NCBI GenBank assembly: GCA_003344405.1
Contig: NOWV01000110.1
Span: 62,001-126,000, forward strand
Source: Trichoplax sp. H2
Taxonomy: Eukaryota
Length of the DNA stretch: 64,000 nucleotides
Direction of reading: 5' to 3'
Shown piece by piece: positions 40,406 to 55,400 of the stretch. The translations under genes and the position numbers were made by a program. The first letter of the stretch is position 1, and every line of letters begins with the position of its first letter. Under the pieces are notes generated by a model. It saw only the letters and a list, made by a program, of their open reading frames with translations, was not told the origin of the DNA and ran no database searches.

Positions 40406-43400
40406 ATGAAAGTTGCAGCTTTATTAAAATTAGGCTACGTAAGTTTAAAATTTGTCTACTCTGATCAATCTATTTATCTTTATATTATTTTTTCCTAATG
40501 TATTTCTCTAAAATTGTACTTAGATATTAATATTGTACCTAAGAATTGTGGTAGATGGCCATTCAATTTCCTTTAATAGTGAAGAAATCAATTTCCTTAG
40601 TCAATTTGTACATACGGAAAGCACCGATGTAGATGAAGTTTCCTACCCATCCTTGCAATCCAGTGCAACTGCAGGTATAACTGGGCATAACAGAAAATCA
40701 AAATTAACTTTAGAGAATTTATTGATGAATTACTCAATGCTTAAGATTATTAGCTATAAGTTTGATCACTAATCTGTAAGAATTGAACTTTCGTTTAACC
40801 TGTGTGTTGCCTGGATCACGTAGGATTGCAAATTACTGAATCGAGTTTTGATAAACCAACAACAATTACGGAATATTTAACACTGCTAGACGATGGATCT
40901 CACATTTTCTCAGGATCAAGTAGCTCCTTTGGTGATCTCACATCAGTTACTGCATTTTCTACACTAACTTCATCAGAAATTAAAGGTGATGTTTTAGGAC
41001 GCTTTCAAGCTTCTTCACTTGTTATAAAAACAAGTCTAATAGCTAGCATAGCTAAATATATATAGGCCGTAACATATACATCTTTATTCCGCTTTATCAA
41101 GCTGTATTAGTTTTACTAATCAAAAGTGTCGATATCATTCCTCCACAACAACGAATAATCTTGTTACTTTTACTATATTTTCAGATGTTCTTGCTGAAAC
41201 TAGCAAAGCCAGCTCCAGCGAGGCCTCCTTAGAATGGATGGGATTTTCTTCTTCTAATGGGAGTATCATATCAGCGAGCCGTATTTATACTCTTAATAAT
41301 CAACAGGAATCTTTACAAAGTTTAGATACAGAGGATCGTCAAACAACGGTTACTTCCGTGTTAACCATGTCTATCTTATTAGAAGACGACAGTAAAGCTT
41401 CCAGAAGTCAAGATAAATTATCACTGACTACTGCTACAGAAAATTCTTTCGTTATTTCGTCTTTTGATTCTAGTTCGTCCGATATTATAACATCAGCTAT
41501 TAGTAACCTACATGAAGAAAACTCTTTAGATACGATGAAAGGCGAGAATTTAATATTATCTGTAATATCTACTCTAACTACAACTTTGGTTGATATGGTA
41601 AGAGAAAGTAGCAATACTGTGAATGTTAAAGATTCCTTATTGACTACAATAACTAAACGTGATTTCCTGTCTTCCACCTTGGATAATGCAGTCAAAGAAT
41701 CGACTGCAAGCATGTCCAATGACGATATCATAACTTATCAGGATAAAAATTCGTTTATTACCTTTCTAGTTGACACTTCATCAACTTTAAGCGAAATGCC
41801 TACGCTCTTACTTCTAGAGAATAGCAATAGTTTAAACCGTGTAGATGATTCTATCCATTCGAGTGATGAATTCTCATCTACAGTCTCTTTGCCGTTAACG
41901 GAGGAAGCTTCTACAAAATCCGTTACGACTACCATCATTCCAAATGATCAAGGCGAAAAGCCATTAATTTTGCCCACAGACATTTTGTCATCGTTAAAAT
42001 TCGACCATACCATATCGACGAGAAGTTTAAATACCCCGGATCAAAATGACTCGTTATCGAGTTTGCATCCAGAAAATCTTTACATGATAACCACAATTAC
42101 TACAAGCGTAATCACATCTTTTATATTGAAAGAAAACAGCATGATTTCCAGTGATCAAAATACTTTTTCAGTCATTACCGCTACCGAAATTGTTTTAATG
42201 AATTCATCTCTGGCTATTAGTGCATCAAATGTCGCGATATCCAACAGTGATACCGTCAATGAAGACGAAAGTTCTTCAAATAAGATAGATACAGACAATT
42301 TGGCATCAACCATAACATCCAGTCTGACTACAACTTTAGTTAACATCGTAAAGGAAAGCAGTGGGACTGAAGATATTGAAGACAATTTATTATTGACTAC
42401 GATAACTAAATCTGATTTTCTATCTTCTTCTTTGGACAATTTGGTACGAGATTCTGTAATAAGCATAACCAAAATTCAAACCTTCAGTATTCAAGATAAA
42501 AGTTTATACAGTAATTATCTATTAGTCATGACATCAACTTCAACTTTCATTTCTTCAACTGCAGCTACTGATGACCGGTACAGTCTAAACTATCTAAACC
42601 ATTTCACGGATTCCATTGGTGAGTTTTCGTCTTCAATACCTGCAAAATCAACAGAAAACCTTAATACCTTAGGTGATCAAAAGGAATCTTTGCCGAGTTT
42701 TGACACAGAAAATCTTTCCATTGGAACCACAGTTACTTCGATATTAACCACCTCTTTCATAGAAGCAGAAGCTAGTATGGTATCCAGTAGTCAGAATGAT
42801 TTTTCAATTGCTACCACTACCGAAAACTCGTTTCAGAGTTCACCTTTACCCTCGAATATTACAAATATCGTCATATCCAGTAGCAGTATCCTAAATGAAG
42901 AAGAAAATTCTTCAAGTAGGATAGATACAGACAACTTGGCAACTACCATAACCTCAGATTTAACCACAACTTTAGTTATAACAGTAAAGGAAAGTAGCAG
43001 TACTACTGATGTTGAAGATAATTCATTATTGACTAGCATTACCAAATCTGATTTCCTATTTTCTTCAGTGGATCATTCAGTGAAAGATTTTGTTATAAGC
43101 AAGACCAATATCTATACCTTCAGTATTCAAGATAAAAGTTTTACTTCAATTTTAACCAATTCTTTAATAGAAAAAGAAACAAGTTTAGCTTTAAATAGTC
43201 AGCACGACTTTTCGATCGCTTCTACAATTGACAACTCATTCCATAGTCCATCTTTACATTCGGAAATATCCCATGCTGTCATATCAAGTAGCGGTATCCT
43301 AAATGAAGGAGAAAATTCTAAAATTACGCTACATACAAACAATTTGACATCTTATATCACATTTGATTTGACCACTACTACTTTGGTTGATATAATTAAA

Positions 43401-46400
43401 GAAAGTGGCAGTACTTTCGGTACTAAAGATGGTTCACCGATTACTGCATTTACTATCAGTAAAAATAATTTCCAATCTTCTTTCATGGACAATTCCATAA
43501 GAGATTCTGCTATAACTGAGACTGATGCATATACACAGAACATCCAAAATTCATTTCATAATCTCCTGTCTGAGTATACATCAACTTCAATTGAAATCTC
43601 TTCTATCCTATCCATAGGCAGCGAGAGTAGTTTAAAAAATCATGATGGTTTATCGTCCATTCCCATTACGAATCAACTTTCTACCATCCACAATTCATCA
43701 TTGATTATGACTGCAATAAATAATTATAACAGTCAATCCACTACCGGTATCAACGCTATAAATGATGAAAGCCTATTGCCAATCATTTCTGCTACAGACG
43801 ATGTGGCATCTAGCATAGATTCGACTCCAGTGATAATGGCCTCGATGATATCACATGAAAATAACAGCATTGCCCCCTATCATTCTATTTCATCGACAAT
43901 TATTTACACTGAAAATGTGTCTACCATTTCATCCATTAATTTTATTGAGGAAGAATCGAATACTTTAACCTCTAGGATCAATATCTCAAGTAAGCAAGAA
44001 GTGCTCTCAAGAGTAACCACACCGGAAGATTATGCACTCAGTCTTTCATCGACTCTACCTGCACCCTTTTCTACTACATCCGAAGAATTTTCGAGTATCA
44101 ATCATCCAGAGCGATCTTCTTTCATGGCCGATATTGACGGCAATTTACTCACTTCCTCTATCCAGTATACGGTAGGTGATTTTACTACACAAATCAGCAG
44201 CATCAACACTTTAAGTGGCCAAGATGAAATCTTAACCATCGTAGACACAAATATTCTGCTGCCGAGTACCGAATCTATTCTAGGTAAAATATCTTCCATA
44301 TCCTCGATAAATAGCAATAGAATATCAGATTATCAAGACCATTTCATTTCAACCATAGAGAGTGAAGAACTTCCTACAATAGCATCTTCAATTGAAACGG
44401 AATATACTTTTACTTTACAAACTCCAAGCCATTATGCGCAAAGTAACCAAGATGGTCATCAGGATAACTCTTTATCGATAATAAACACATATGATCGCTT
44501 CAATAGCATTACTTCTACTCTAGTTATAGCTGCATCCATCTTGCCAATAAGTGATAGTAGTCATAGTAAATTAGAGTACGACGAGAGTTTATCATCGATT
44601 GCTAATGTTGGCGTGCCAATGAATAGCGCCTTATACTTCTCAGAGAGTGAATCTGTTACATCAATCGCTAGCATCGCTATTCCAAGCGATGGAAAGAACT
44701 CTTTCATAGTCACAGATTCAAAAAATCTTGCATCCACTATTTTCTCCACGGAAATTGATACTGGATTGATCTCATCAGTGGACAGCCATAGCGCTTTCGA
44801 GTATCTAGAAAGCGTATCCTTTCAGCAAGCTATAACCTCAAAGGATTACTCGCTTAATCCATCTAGCAACTTGATAGAAAATGTATCTAGTGTAACAAGT
44901 AGCAATACGATAGAGCAAATTGACCAAGACAAGCCTTCATTTATAAGTAATGTAAGTCTACTTAGTAACGTTCTGTCAACTCCAGTAATGGTAGCATCTA
45001 TCTTATCAACATTCTTCGATCATAGCAGTATTTTAAATCATCCAGATCAATCCTTAGCTAGTGATAGTGAACAAAATCTTGCTTCCATCACCGAATCCAA
45101 TTTGGTTCTAATCCCATCTATTTTTCCAATCAATAATAGCAGTATTGAAGGTGATTTAGATAGTTTCTCCATCATTGTAGCATCAGGTTCGAATGCTGGT
45201 CCATCCACTGCAGATTTCAATAGAACACAAACGAATACTATTATAATATCAGCTACTGTTAATATCCTGAGCGATCAAGATGAATCTTTACTGATTGATG
45301 ATACAAAAGAAGTACTAACCAACATTAAATCTATATTAGAAGTATCGGCATCGGCAACATTAAACTATCTTGATAATACTTCTGAAAACAGAGAAGAGTC
45401 GTCCATTCTATCCTCAATTGCTACAGCAGAGAATTCATTCTTTGCCAACTCTAAATCGAACGAAAAGGATTTCATTGCAACAACTATCGATTTGTTAAGC
45501 GATGTAGATCTATCCTTACCTTTTATTAACCAACAAAATAGTCAATCCACTGTATCCAATCCGTCTGCGATGCTATCCATTTTCCTAACGGATGATAATA
45601 GTCTCGTCGATTCTTCAGACAGCCTGTTATTGACTCCAGATATTGGTCTTGATGATGGTTTATTGACTAAGAGCTTTGATTCAATACAAACTGCTACCAC
45701 TATCATATCAACTAACGTCCATATCCAAAGTGATGAAGACGAATCTTTGGTGATCACAAATACAAAAGATTTCCTATCGAATCATCAATCCACGTTAATC
45801 ATAACAACATCTACTGCAATCATGAACAGTATTGATATCTCTCAATATGCAGAGGATTCTTTACTGGTATTCTCCATAACTACTGAGGATAATTCATATG
45901 TGATTAGTTCTAAATCTGTACAAAAGGATATAACTACAACAAATGTTAATATCCTAAGTGACCAAAACGGGTCTTTGCTGATGATTACCACGGGAGAAGT
46001 GCAACAAAATGTCTTATCCGTCAGCGAATCTAACCTGAATATAACCGCATCGAATGCTCTTATAATCACATCTGTTTTATCAATAGACGATGACAGCTTT
46101 ACAGCTTCTATAAGCAGTCTGCCATTGACTACAAATACTGATCATGAAGATAGCTTGCTAACAAATAACTCTGATTCAAAACAGATTACCTCCTTTACAA
46201 TATCAACCAACATCAATATCTCAAGTGATGAAGATGAATCTTTGCTGATCGCGAACACAGAAGATTTCCTGTCAAATCATAAATCCACATTAGTTACAAC
46301 CGATTTAATAGCGCTAATGAATACTAATGGTATCTCTCAATATGGAGATGATTCATCATTGATGTTACCCATTGCCACTAAAGATAATTCTTTGATGACT

Positions 46401-49400
46401 AATTCTAAATCTGTACAATACAATTTAGCCATTACAAGTATCAATATCATAAGTGATCAATCTTTGCTAATTAATAAAGAAGAAGAGCCACAAAATCTCT
46501 TATCCATTAGCGAATCTAGCCTGGATATAACCGCGTCAAATTCTCTTATAATCACATCTGTTTTACTGGTAGACGATAGCAGCTTTACAGATTCTTTAGG
46601 CAGTCTGTCGTTGGCTACAAACACTGGCCTTGATGATAGTCTGTTAACCAATAGCCTTAATTTAATACAAACTATTTCAGCTGCAGAATTAACTAATCTC
46701 AATATCTTAAGCGATAAAGACAAATCTTTGGTGATCGTTGACACAGACGATTTCCAATCGAATCATCAATCCACGTTAGCTATAACGGCGTCTGCTACAT
46801 TTATGAACACCAACGGTATCTCTCAATATGGAGAGATTTCATCAATGATATTCCCTATTGCCACTGAGGATAATTCGTTCGCGACTAGTTCTAAATCTGT
46901 ACAAAATAAATCAGCTACAACAAGTATCACCATCCTAAGCGATCAATCTGTACTGATTAATACAGAAGAAGTGCCACAAAATCTCTTATCCATTAGCGAA
47001 TCTAACTTGAATATAACCGCATCTAATCCTCTTATAATCACATCTGTATTACTGTTAGACGATAGCAGCTTTATAGATTCTTCCGGCAGTTTGTCATTTA
47101 TGACGAACAGCGGCCTTGATGATAGTCTATTAACTAACAACCTTAATTTAATACAAACCGTCTCTGCTGCAGAATCAACCGATCTCAATAGCTTAAGCAA
47201 AGAAGATGAATCTTTGGTGATCGCTAACACAGAAGATTTCCTATCGAATCATCAATCCACGTTAGTTAGTGGGGTATTCCTAAATACTAACGGTATCTCT
47301 CAATATGGAGAGGATTCATCATTGATGTTACCCATTGCCACTGAAGATTATTCGTTCACGACTGGTTCTAAATCTATACAAAACAATTTAGTTACAACAA
47401 GTATCGCTATCCTAAGTGATCAATCAGTACTGATTGAGACAGAAGAAGTGCCACAAAATCTCCTATCCATTAGCGAATCTAACTTGGATATAACCGCATC
47501 TAATCCTTTTACAACCACGTCTGTTTTACTAGTGGACGATAGCAGCTTTATAGATTCTTCCGCAATTCAGTCGTTTACTATGAATATCAATCTTGATAAT
47601 AGCCTGTTGACGAACAGCCTTAATTTAATACAAATCGTCTCTGCTGCAAAATCAACCAATCTCAATAGCTTAAGCAAAGAAGATGAATCTTTGGTGATCG
47701 CTAACACAGAAGATTTCCTATCGAATCATCAATCCACGTTAGTTAGTGGGGTATTCCTGAATACTAACGGTATCTCTCAATATATGGAGGATTCATCATT
47801 GGTATTTCCTATTACCATAGAGGATAATTCGCTCACGGCTAGCTCTAAATCTGTTCAAAACAATTTAGCTACAACAAGTATCACTATCCTAAGTGATCAA
47901 TCAGTACTGATTAAAACAGAAGAAGTGCCACAAAATCTCCTATCCATTAGCGAATCTAACTTGGATATAACTGCATCTAATCCTTTTACAACCACGTCTG
48001 TTTTACTAGTGGACGATAGCAGCTTTATAGATTCTTCCGCCATTCAGTCCTTTACTATAAATACCAATCTTGATAATAGCCTGTTGACGAACAGCCTTAA
48101 TTTAATAGAAATCGTCTCTGCTGCAAAATCAACCAATCTCAATAGCTTAAGCAAAGAAGATGAATCTTTGGTGATCGCTAATACAGAAGATTTCCTATCG
48201 AATCATCAATCCACGTTAGTTAGTGGGGTATTCCTGAATACTAACGGTATCTCTCAATATATGGAGGACTCATCATTGGTATTTCCTATTACCATAGAGG
48301 ATAATTCGCTCACGGCTAGCTCTAAATCTGTTCAAAACAATTTAGCTACAACAAGTATTAATATCATCAACGATCAATCTGTACTGATTAATACAGAAGA
48401 AGAGCCGCAAAATCTCCTATCCATTAGCCAATCTAATCTGGATACAACCATATCTAATCCTCTTATCATTACATCTGCTTTACTAGACGTTAGCATCTTT
48501 ACAGATTCTTTTGGCAGTCTATCGCTCACTACAAATATCGGCCTTGATGATGGTCAGTTGATGAACAGCCTTAATTTACTACAAACTATCTCCAAAGTAA
48601 CATCAACTGATCTCAATATCTATAGTGATGAAAAAGAATCTTTGCTGACTGCTGACACAGAAGACTTTCCATCGAATCATCCATCTGCATTAGTCATAAC
48701 AACTTTGACTACATTAATTAATACCAACAGTATCTCTCAATATGTAGAGGATTCATCATGGAACTTCCCCATCGAGGATAATTCGTTTACGACTAGTTCT
48801 AAATCTGTACAAAACAATTTAGCTACAACAACCATCAATATCCTTAGTGATCAATCTGTACTGATTAATACAGAAGAAGTGTCACAAAATCTCTTATCCA
48901 TTAGCGAATCTAACCTGGATATAACCGCATCTAATCCCCATATAATCCCATCTGTTTTACCAATAGACGATAGCAGTTTTACAGGTTCTTCAGCCAGTCT
49001 GTCGTTGACTACAAATTTCGGCCTTGATGATAGCCAGTTGACGAATAGCCTTCATTTAATACAAACAATCTCCGCTGCAAGATCTACTGATCTCAATAGT
49101 TTAAGCGATGAAGATGAGTCCTTAATGATCGCTGATACAGAAGACTTCCTATCGAATCATCCATCCACATTTATTACTACAACTTTTACTACATTCATGA
49201 CTAGTAATAATATCTCTGAATACGTAGAGGATTCATCATTGGTGTTCCCCATTGCCACCGAAGATGATTCGTTTACGACTAGTTCTAAATTTGTACAAAG
49301 CGATTTAGCTGCAACAAGTATCACTATCCTAAGCGATCAATCTGTGCTGATTAATACAGAAGAAGTGCTACAAAATCTCTTATCCATTAGTAAATCTAAC

Positions 49401-52400
49401 CTGGATATAACCGCATCTAATCCCCTTATAATTACATCTGTTTTACCAATAGGCGATAGTAGTTTTACAGGTTCTTCAGCCAGTTTATCGTTGACTACAA
49501 ACACCAGCCATAATGATAGCCTATTGACGAACAGCCTTAATTTAATACAAACCATCTCCTCTGCAAGATCAACTGATCTTAACATCTTAAGCGATGAAGA
49601 TGAATCTTTAATGATCTCTATCACAGAAGATTTCCTATCGAATCACCAATCTGCATTGGTTATAACAGCTTTAACTACATTAATTAACACCAACGGTATC
49701 TCTCAATATGCAGAGGATTCATCGTTGTTGCTCTCCATGGACACTAAGGAATATTTGTTCACGACTAGCTCTAATTCTGTAGAAAAGGATTTAATCACAA
49801 CCAATATCACTATCCTAAGTGATCAAAACGAATCTGTACAGATGACCACTATAGGAGAAGGGCCACAAAATCTCTTTTCCATCGCCCAATCCAATCTGGT
49901 TATAACTGCATCAAATCCTCTAGTAATCACATCTGCTTTTCCAATCCATGATGGCAGCTTAGTACATTCTTTAAACAGTCTATCGTGGACTACCAACACT
50001 GATCTTGTACATAATCTGTCAATAAACAGCTCTGACTTAATCCATACCACTTCCATTACAAAATCAAGCAACATTAATATCTTAAGTAATAAAGATGATT
50101 CTTTACTAATCACTGACACAGAAGATTTCCTATCAGATCATCAATCCACGTTAGCCATAACTGTGTCTACAGTCATGAATAGTCACGATATCTCTCAATA
50201 TGTACAAGATTCTACATTGGTATTCCCCACTGAGGCTAATTCGTTGACGATTAGCTCAAAATCTGCAGAAATGGATTTAGCTAAAACAAATGTTAATATC
50301 CTAAGTGATCAATCTTTGCTGATTACCACAGAACAAGTGCCAGGAAATCCCTCAGCTATAACCCAATCCAACCTGGGCATAACTACATCAAATCCTCTTA
50401 CAATTCTAATTCCGTCTATTTTACCAATGGACGATAGCAGTTTTACAGATTCTTCAACCAGTCTATCGTTGACTATAAACATTAGTCTTAAAGACAGTTT
50501 GTCCACAAGTAGCTCCAATTCAATGCAAACCTCCCTCATTCGAATATCCACCAACATCAATATCTTAAGTGATGAAGATGAATCTTGGCTAATCACTAAC
50601 ACAGAAGATTTCCTATCGAATCACCAATCTACATTCGCCCTAACTGCATCGACAATATTGATCAATACCAATAGTTTCTCTCAAAATGGAGATGATTCAA
50701 CATGGAGGTTCCCCATCGCCACGGAAGACAATTTGCTAAGGATTAGCTCAAACTCTGTCGAAAAAGAATTGACGACAGCCATCATCCCCATTTTAAGTCA
50801 TCAAGAGGAATCAGTGCTGACAACAAATCTTGGGAATCTCCAACCGCTTTCCAGCATAGTATTGAGCATAGGTCCAGCTACCTTCCAACTCGAGGCAAGT
50901 ATTTCAGAAGATTACCATGATTCCTCCAATGTTATTGCTAGCAACGAAATTCCTATTCTACCATCCTCTATCCTTACCGTCAAGGATACTCTACTCTTTA
51001 GCAGTGTTTTTAGCGCAGTAGATCAGTCTTTCATGACAAAAATGACCTTAAACGACCTATCTGACATAGTATCAATATCGGATGTCTCGAATCAATCACT
51101 AGCCATGTTGGACAGAAGTAGTCGTTCAGAATATCAAGAAGGTTCATTGCTCATTTCGCCAACTACTTCATCTCTAATAATGTCGCCTTCACAAATGGAT
51201 GAGAACGATTTCATTTCAGCCTTTAGCATCACTCAATTAATCCATGATGAGGAATATTCTTCGTCAGCAGAAGCATTGCTTCATCAATCGCTCTATCTAT
51301 CCAATTCTGCCTTTTCGCAATTCTCTCATCTACCAATCTACAGCAATACCATTCCAAGCCATCAAGGCAATTTACCTTCAACCATTTCCTCCTTGTATTC
51401 CAATGTTGTTCCCTCTAGCGGGATAGAGCTCGTTAGCAGCCGTGATATCTTCACTGATCAGGATGAAATTTTACTAGTAACTACAAAAGTAAATAACTTA
51501 ATTTCTATGACAGCATCTGGAAATGTCTTGATCATTTCAACGAGTAGGATAAATGCTATGAGTGATGGCGAAGATTCGTTATCGTATGGAAGTACAAATA
51601 CGATTCTATCTGATGTTCCATCGACTACTATTGCAACATGGTTGGACTCTAACACCATTTCAGATTATCAACAAGACTTATCGTTTGCAAGCACCAATAT
51701 CCTTCAGCCGGATATTGCATCCACTACCACTGCTACCCCTATCCTCTTTCAGCTAGACACTAACACCTTGTCATATTATCAAGAAAGTTTGCCGTTTGCG
51801 AGCACTCACAATCTCCAGCTGGATATTGCATCGATTACCATTGCTACACCAATCACCTTCCAACTAGATACTAACACCTTTTCGCATTACCAAGAAAGTT
51901 TATCGTTTGCAAGCATAAACAATATTTATCCTGAGATAGTGTCGAAAACCATTGCAACATCTATCGCTTTACAGCTAGATACGAACTCGATTTCAGATTA
52001 TCAACAGAGTTTGCCGTTTGCAAGCACCAATATTCTTCAGCCGGATATTGCATCGGCTACCATTGCAACTGCAAACATCTTGCAGCTGGACACCAACACC
52101 ATTTTAAATTATCAAGGAAGTTTATCGTTTGCAAGCACTAATAACTTTCAGCCGGATATCTCAAATTACAAGCAGAGTTTACCGCTAGTAAGCACTAAGA
52201 TTTATCAGCCGGATATTGCATCGACTACCTTTGCAACACCAATCATCTTGCAGCTAGACTCAAACACCATTTCCAATTACCAAGAAAGTTTATCGTTTGC
52301 AAGCTCTAATAATCTTCAGCAGGATATTTCATATTACAAGCAGAGTTTACCGCTTGCAAGCACTAAGATTTATCAGCCGGATATTGCATCGACTACTATT

Positions 52401-55400
52401 GCAACGCCAATCATCTCGCAGCTAGACACAAACACCATTTCAGATTACCAAGAAAGTTTATCATTTGCTAACACAAATAATAATCATCTTGAAAATGCAT
52501 CGACTACCATTGCCACACCAATCATCTTGCAACTAAATGCTAGCACAACTTTAAAGGACCAACAGGGTTTATCGTTGGCAAGCACAAATATTCTCCAATA
52601 CGATTTTAAATCGACTGCCAAGGAGAGTTTACCAACTACTGCAGAAACACATTGGATTCAAACACGATCCATTTCTGATTACAGTAATTTCTACAGTAAA
52701 GATGATCTATCAGCTGTAGTTTCCTTTGGCTTTAGTAGCATATCTATGAAACTGTCATCAACCCTCCTTGAAACTTTTCCAATGACCGGTTCGAAAGTTT
52801 ATGAAGGTTTATCCAGTACTATTTTGGCTTCTGAAATAAGATCTTCTATAACGCTGTCTTCAACGGCTACCTTTAGCTTACCTACATTTTACACATTCAG
52901 TTCTAATCAGTACGTCTCTAGCTTTCGACCATCTTCATTAACAGCATCGACTGCAGCCAACATCAACACTTACGAAAGCTTGGCTTTCGCTTCGAACATT
53001 GCAAAGTCAGTGGAATCCATTAATACTCCATTTATTCCACAAAGTGAAGAATCCACGCAATTATTATCCAATATCATCACGTTATCCTTTCCTTCGTTCA
53101 GCATAGGCCATGTTACTTCATTCTATCCTCCTACGAGTAATTCGCCAACTCCTACTTCTGCTTTGGTTAACACTACCTTGCAGAGTTTATTAGACAGCAT
53201 GCACACCTTGACATCAAGTTCTTCTGATATCAATGTAGCATCATCAGTTATTCCTAAACCTATAGCTAGCAGTTTAGACACTATCTCTCTGATTTTTAAG
53301 ATAGACAATACGACTGGTAGCCTAATGGATTCGTATACTCCCTCTTATTCTCCAACATCATCTATCAATATCTTGCCCATATCGGCGAATCGATCATCCG
53401 CAGCATCGACTACCATTTCAGCTGATGTTGAAATATCGAGCTCCATCATCAGTATAGATAAATCCCCTTCTGGGTTAATAACTACTAAAAATTTAGCGTC
53501 TTTACCTTTATTATCTGGCTCAACAGCAGGAATGATTAGCTCTAAACTATTTACTACCGATATTCTATCCTATACGAACAATTCCACTTCAAGCATCCAA
53601 GTAGAAATATCTGCATCCAAGCCAATTTTAATTGCAACAAATCCTCTTACTAGCGGTGTAAATAATTATAATCCAAGTCCAACAACCTTACTTACAACAA
53701 CGTCTTCGGCTGTGTTTTCCGCTACGCCAACAATTAATCCTTGCCAAAGTAATCCTTGTAAACCGTTTGCAGTTTGTTATCCGCAACAATCTTTACCTAG
53801 CCAGTACTTCTGTCGATGTAGAGTAGGCTATTACCAGCTAAATCCGAACATTTTCTTAACAAGCAGCCAAGGATGTTTAGGTATCGTGATTGGAGTAATT
53901 CTGTATTATAGATAGTTACCTGGGGCTATAAATTGATTGCCTTGCCATACGTCTTGAAGAGCGTAGATTCTCCATTTATCGTTTCATAATGAATAATTTT
54001 TCGTGCTTGTGTACAAACTGAAAATTTTTACCGTCGTTATTTCAATCGTGTACTACGATGGCATTTTAAATTATTGTAATCGTATGTGAAAAATCTGAGG
54101 CTAAATATATCAATCTACAACTAAACAGTTTAAAATAGCGATTGATATGCTTTGTATTTTATCCACGGAATTGTAGAAGGAATCTATTTTTCTGGTCTGT
54201 TAACTCTCGATGCAGCTTTTTTCCCGTCGTTAAATGATGCCACTAGCCAAAAAGGACAACAAATTAAACATGAAAGCAAATTACTGGTATCGCCCTTTAT
54301 TCGCACTAACGATAGTACCTTATCCAATCTATTAAACTACTGACATCTTTAACTGATCATTTTCATGTTGTCCTTAGATGGAAGAAGCAATACGAAATAG
54401 CGCAGTGACTGCTAGCAACTTTATCTATATTTTCATTGTTGGCCTTAGGTAAGGAAATCATGTTAAGTAATCCTTAATAGATAAAGCAAGCATGAGTAAA
54501 GGAATGGGAATCAGGCAATTATTTCTTACACATTACAGCAATCTACAAAGCTGTTTGCATTTTAAAATGGCTTTTACTTTAACCAATAGCGAATGATATT
54601 TGCAGTATATCCAGTACAAGTAATTAATAAATTAATAACTGTGTTTATATTATAGATCTGGAAGCATTCTGGTCGATTTTTATGCTATCTATGATAGTAA
54701 CGCGACAGTCAATGAAATCATTCTTGAAACAACTATTAAACAACATGTACGATTCGTGGATAATTTTGTAGTTCAAACTGTTAATATGACAGGTAGGACA
54801 ACTCGCTTTACATGTAATATTAGATATATCCGTTAAGTCTAACTCAGATATTACCATGGAAAATTAGAAACAAATGAATGCTTAGACGATAATGATCCCT
54901 GCTCTGGTGAAGAAAAGCTATGCATCGATTTAGAATATGGGTTTAAATGTGAAAACTGTCCTGTCGGCTTTCTATTTAATTCATCTAGCAAAGGGTGTTC
55001 AGGTAATTATTGCATACTATTCAATTTGCAGTTTGCCATTAAATAGCCCTAGTGAGAGTACAGTCTTAGTTTTGACAAATCAACATTTATCAAATGCGAG
55101 AAATTATGTTTTAATAGAGTTAAAGCAGATTCATATCATTTATGCTGGTACTTGATCGATAACATGTACTAATGGATGAAAATACTATCTAGTGCTGCCT
55201 AAAATTTGGCTAATAGCAATAATCATTATTCCCGTACTAGACATCAACGAATGTATTGGCGGCACCAATCCTTGCAATAGCAATAAGAAATGTGTTAATA
55301 CCAATGGAAGTTATGCATGCCGGCCGGAATCAACTACTAAACCACCTCTCAGTATTTGCCTCTTAGAGATTACATCAATAAAACTTAGAAATGTCTAAAA

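Noticed and set aside
41408-53308. Many minus-strand ORFs inside mucin B, some repeating at ~486 nt (likewise 17813-18604 in mucin A)
   Set aside because: Antisense shadows of a repetitive Ser/Thr-rich coding frame.
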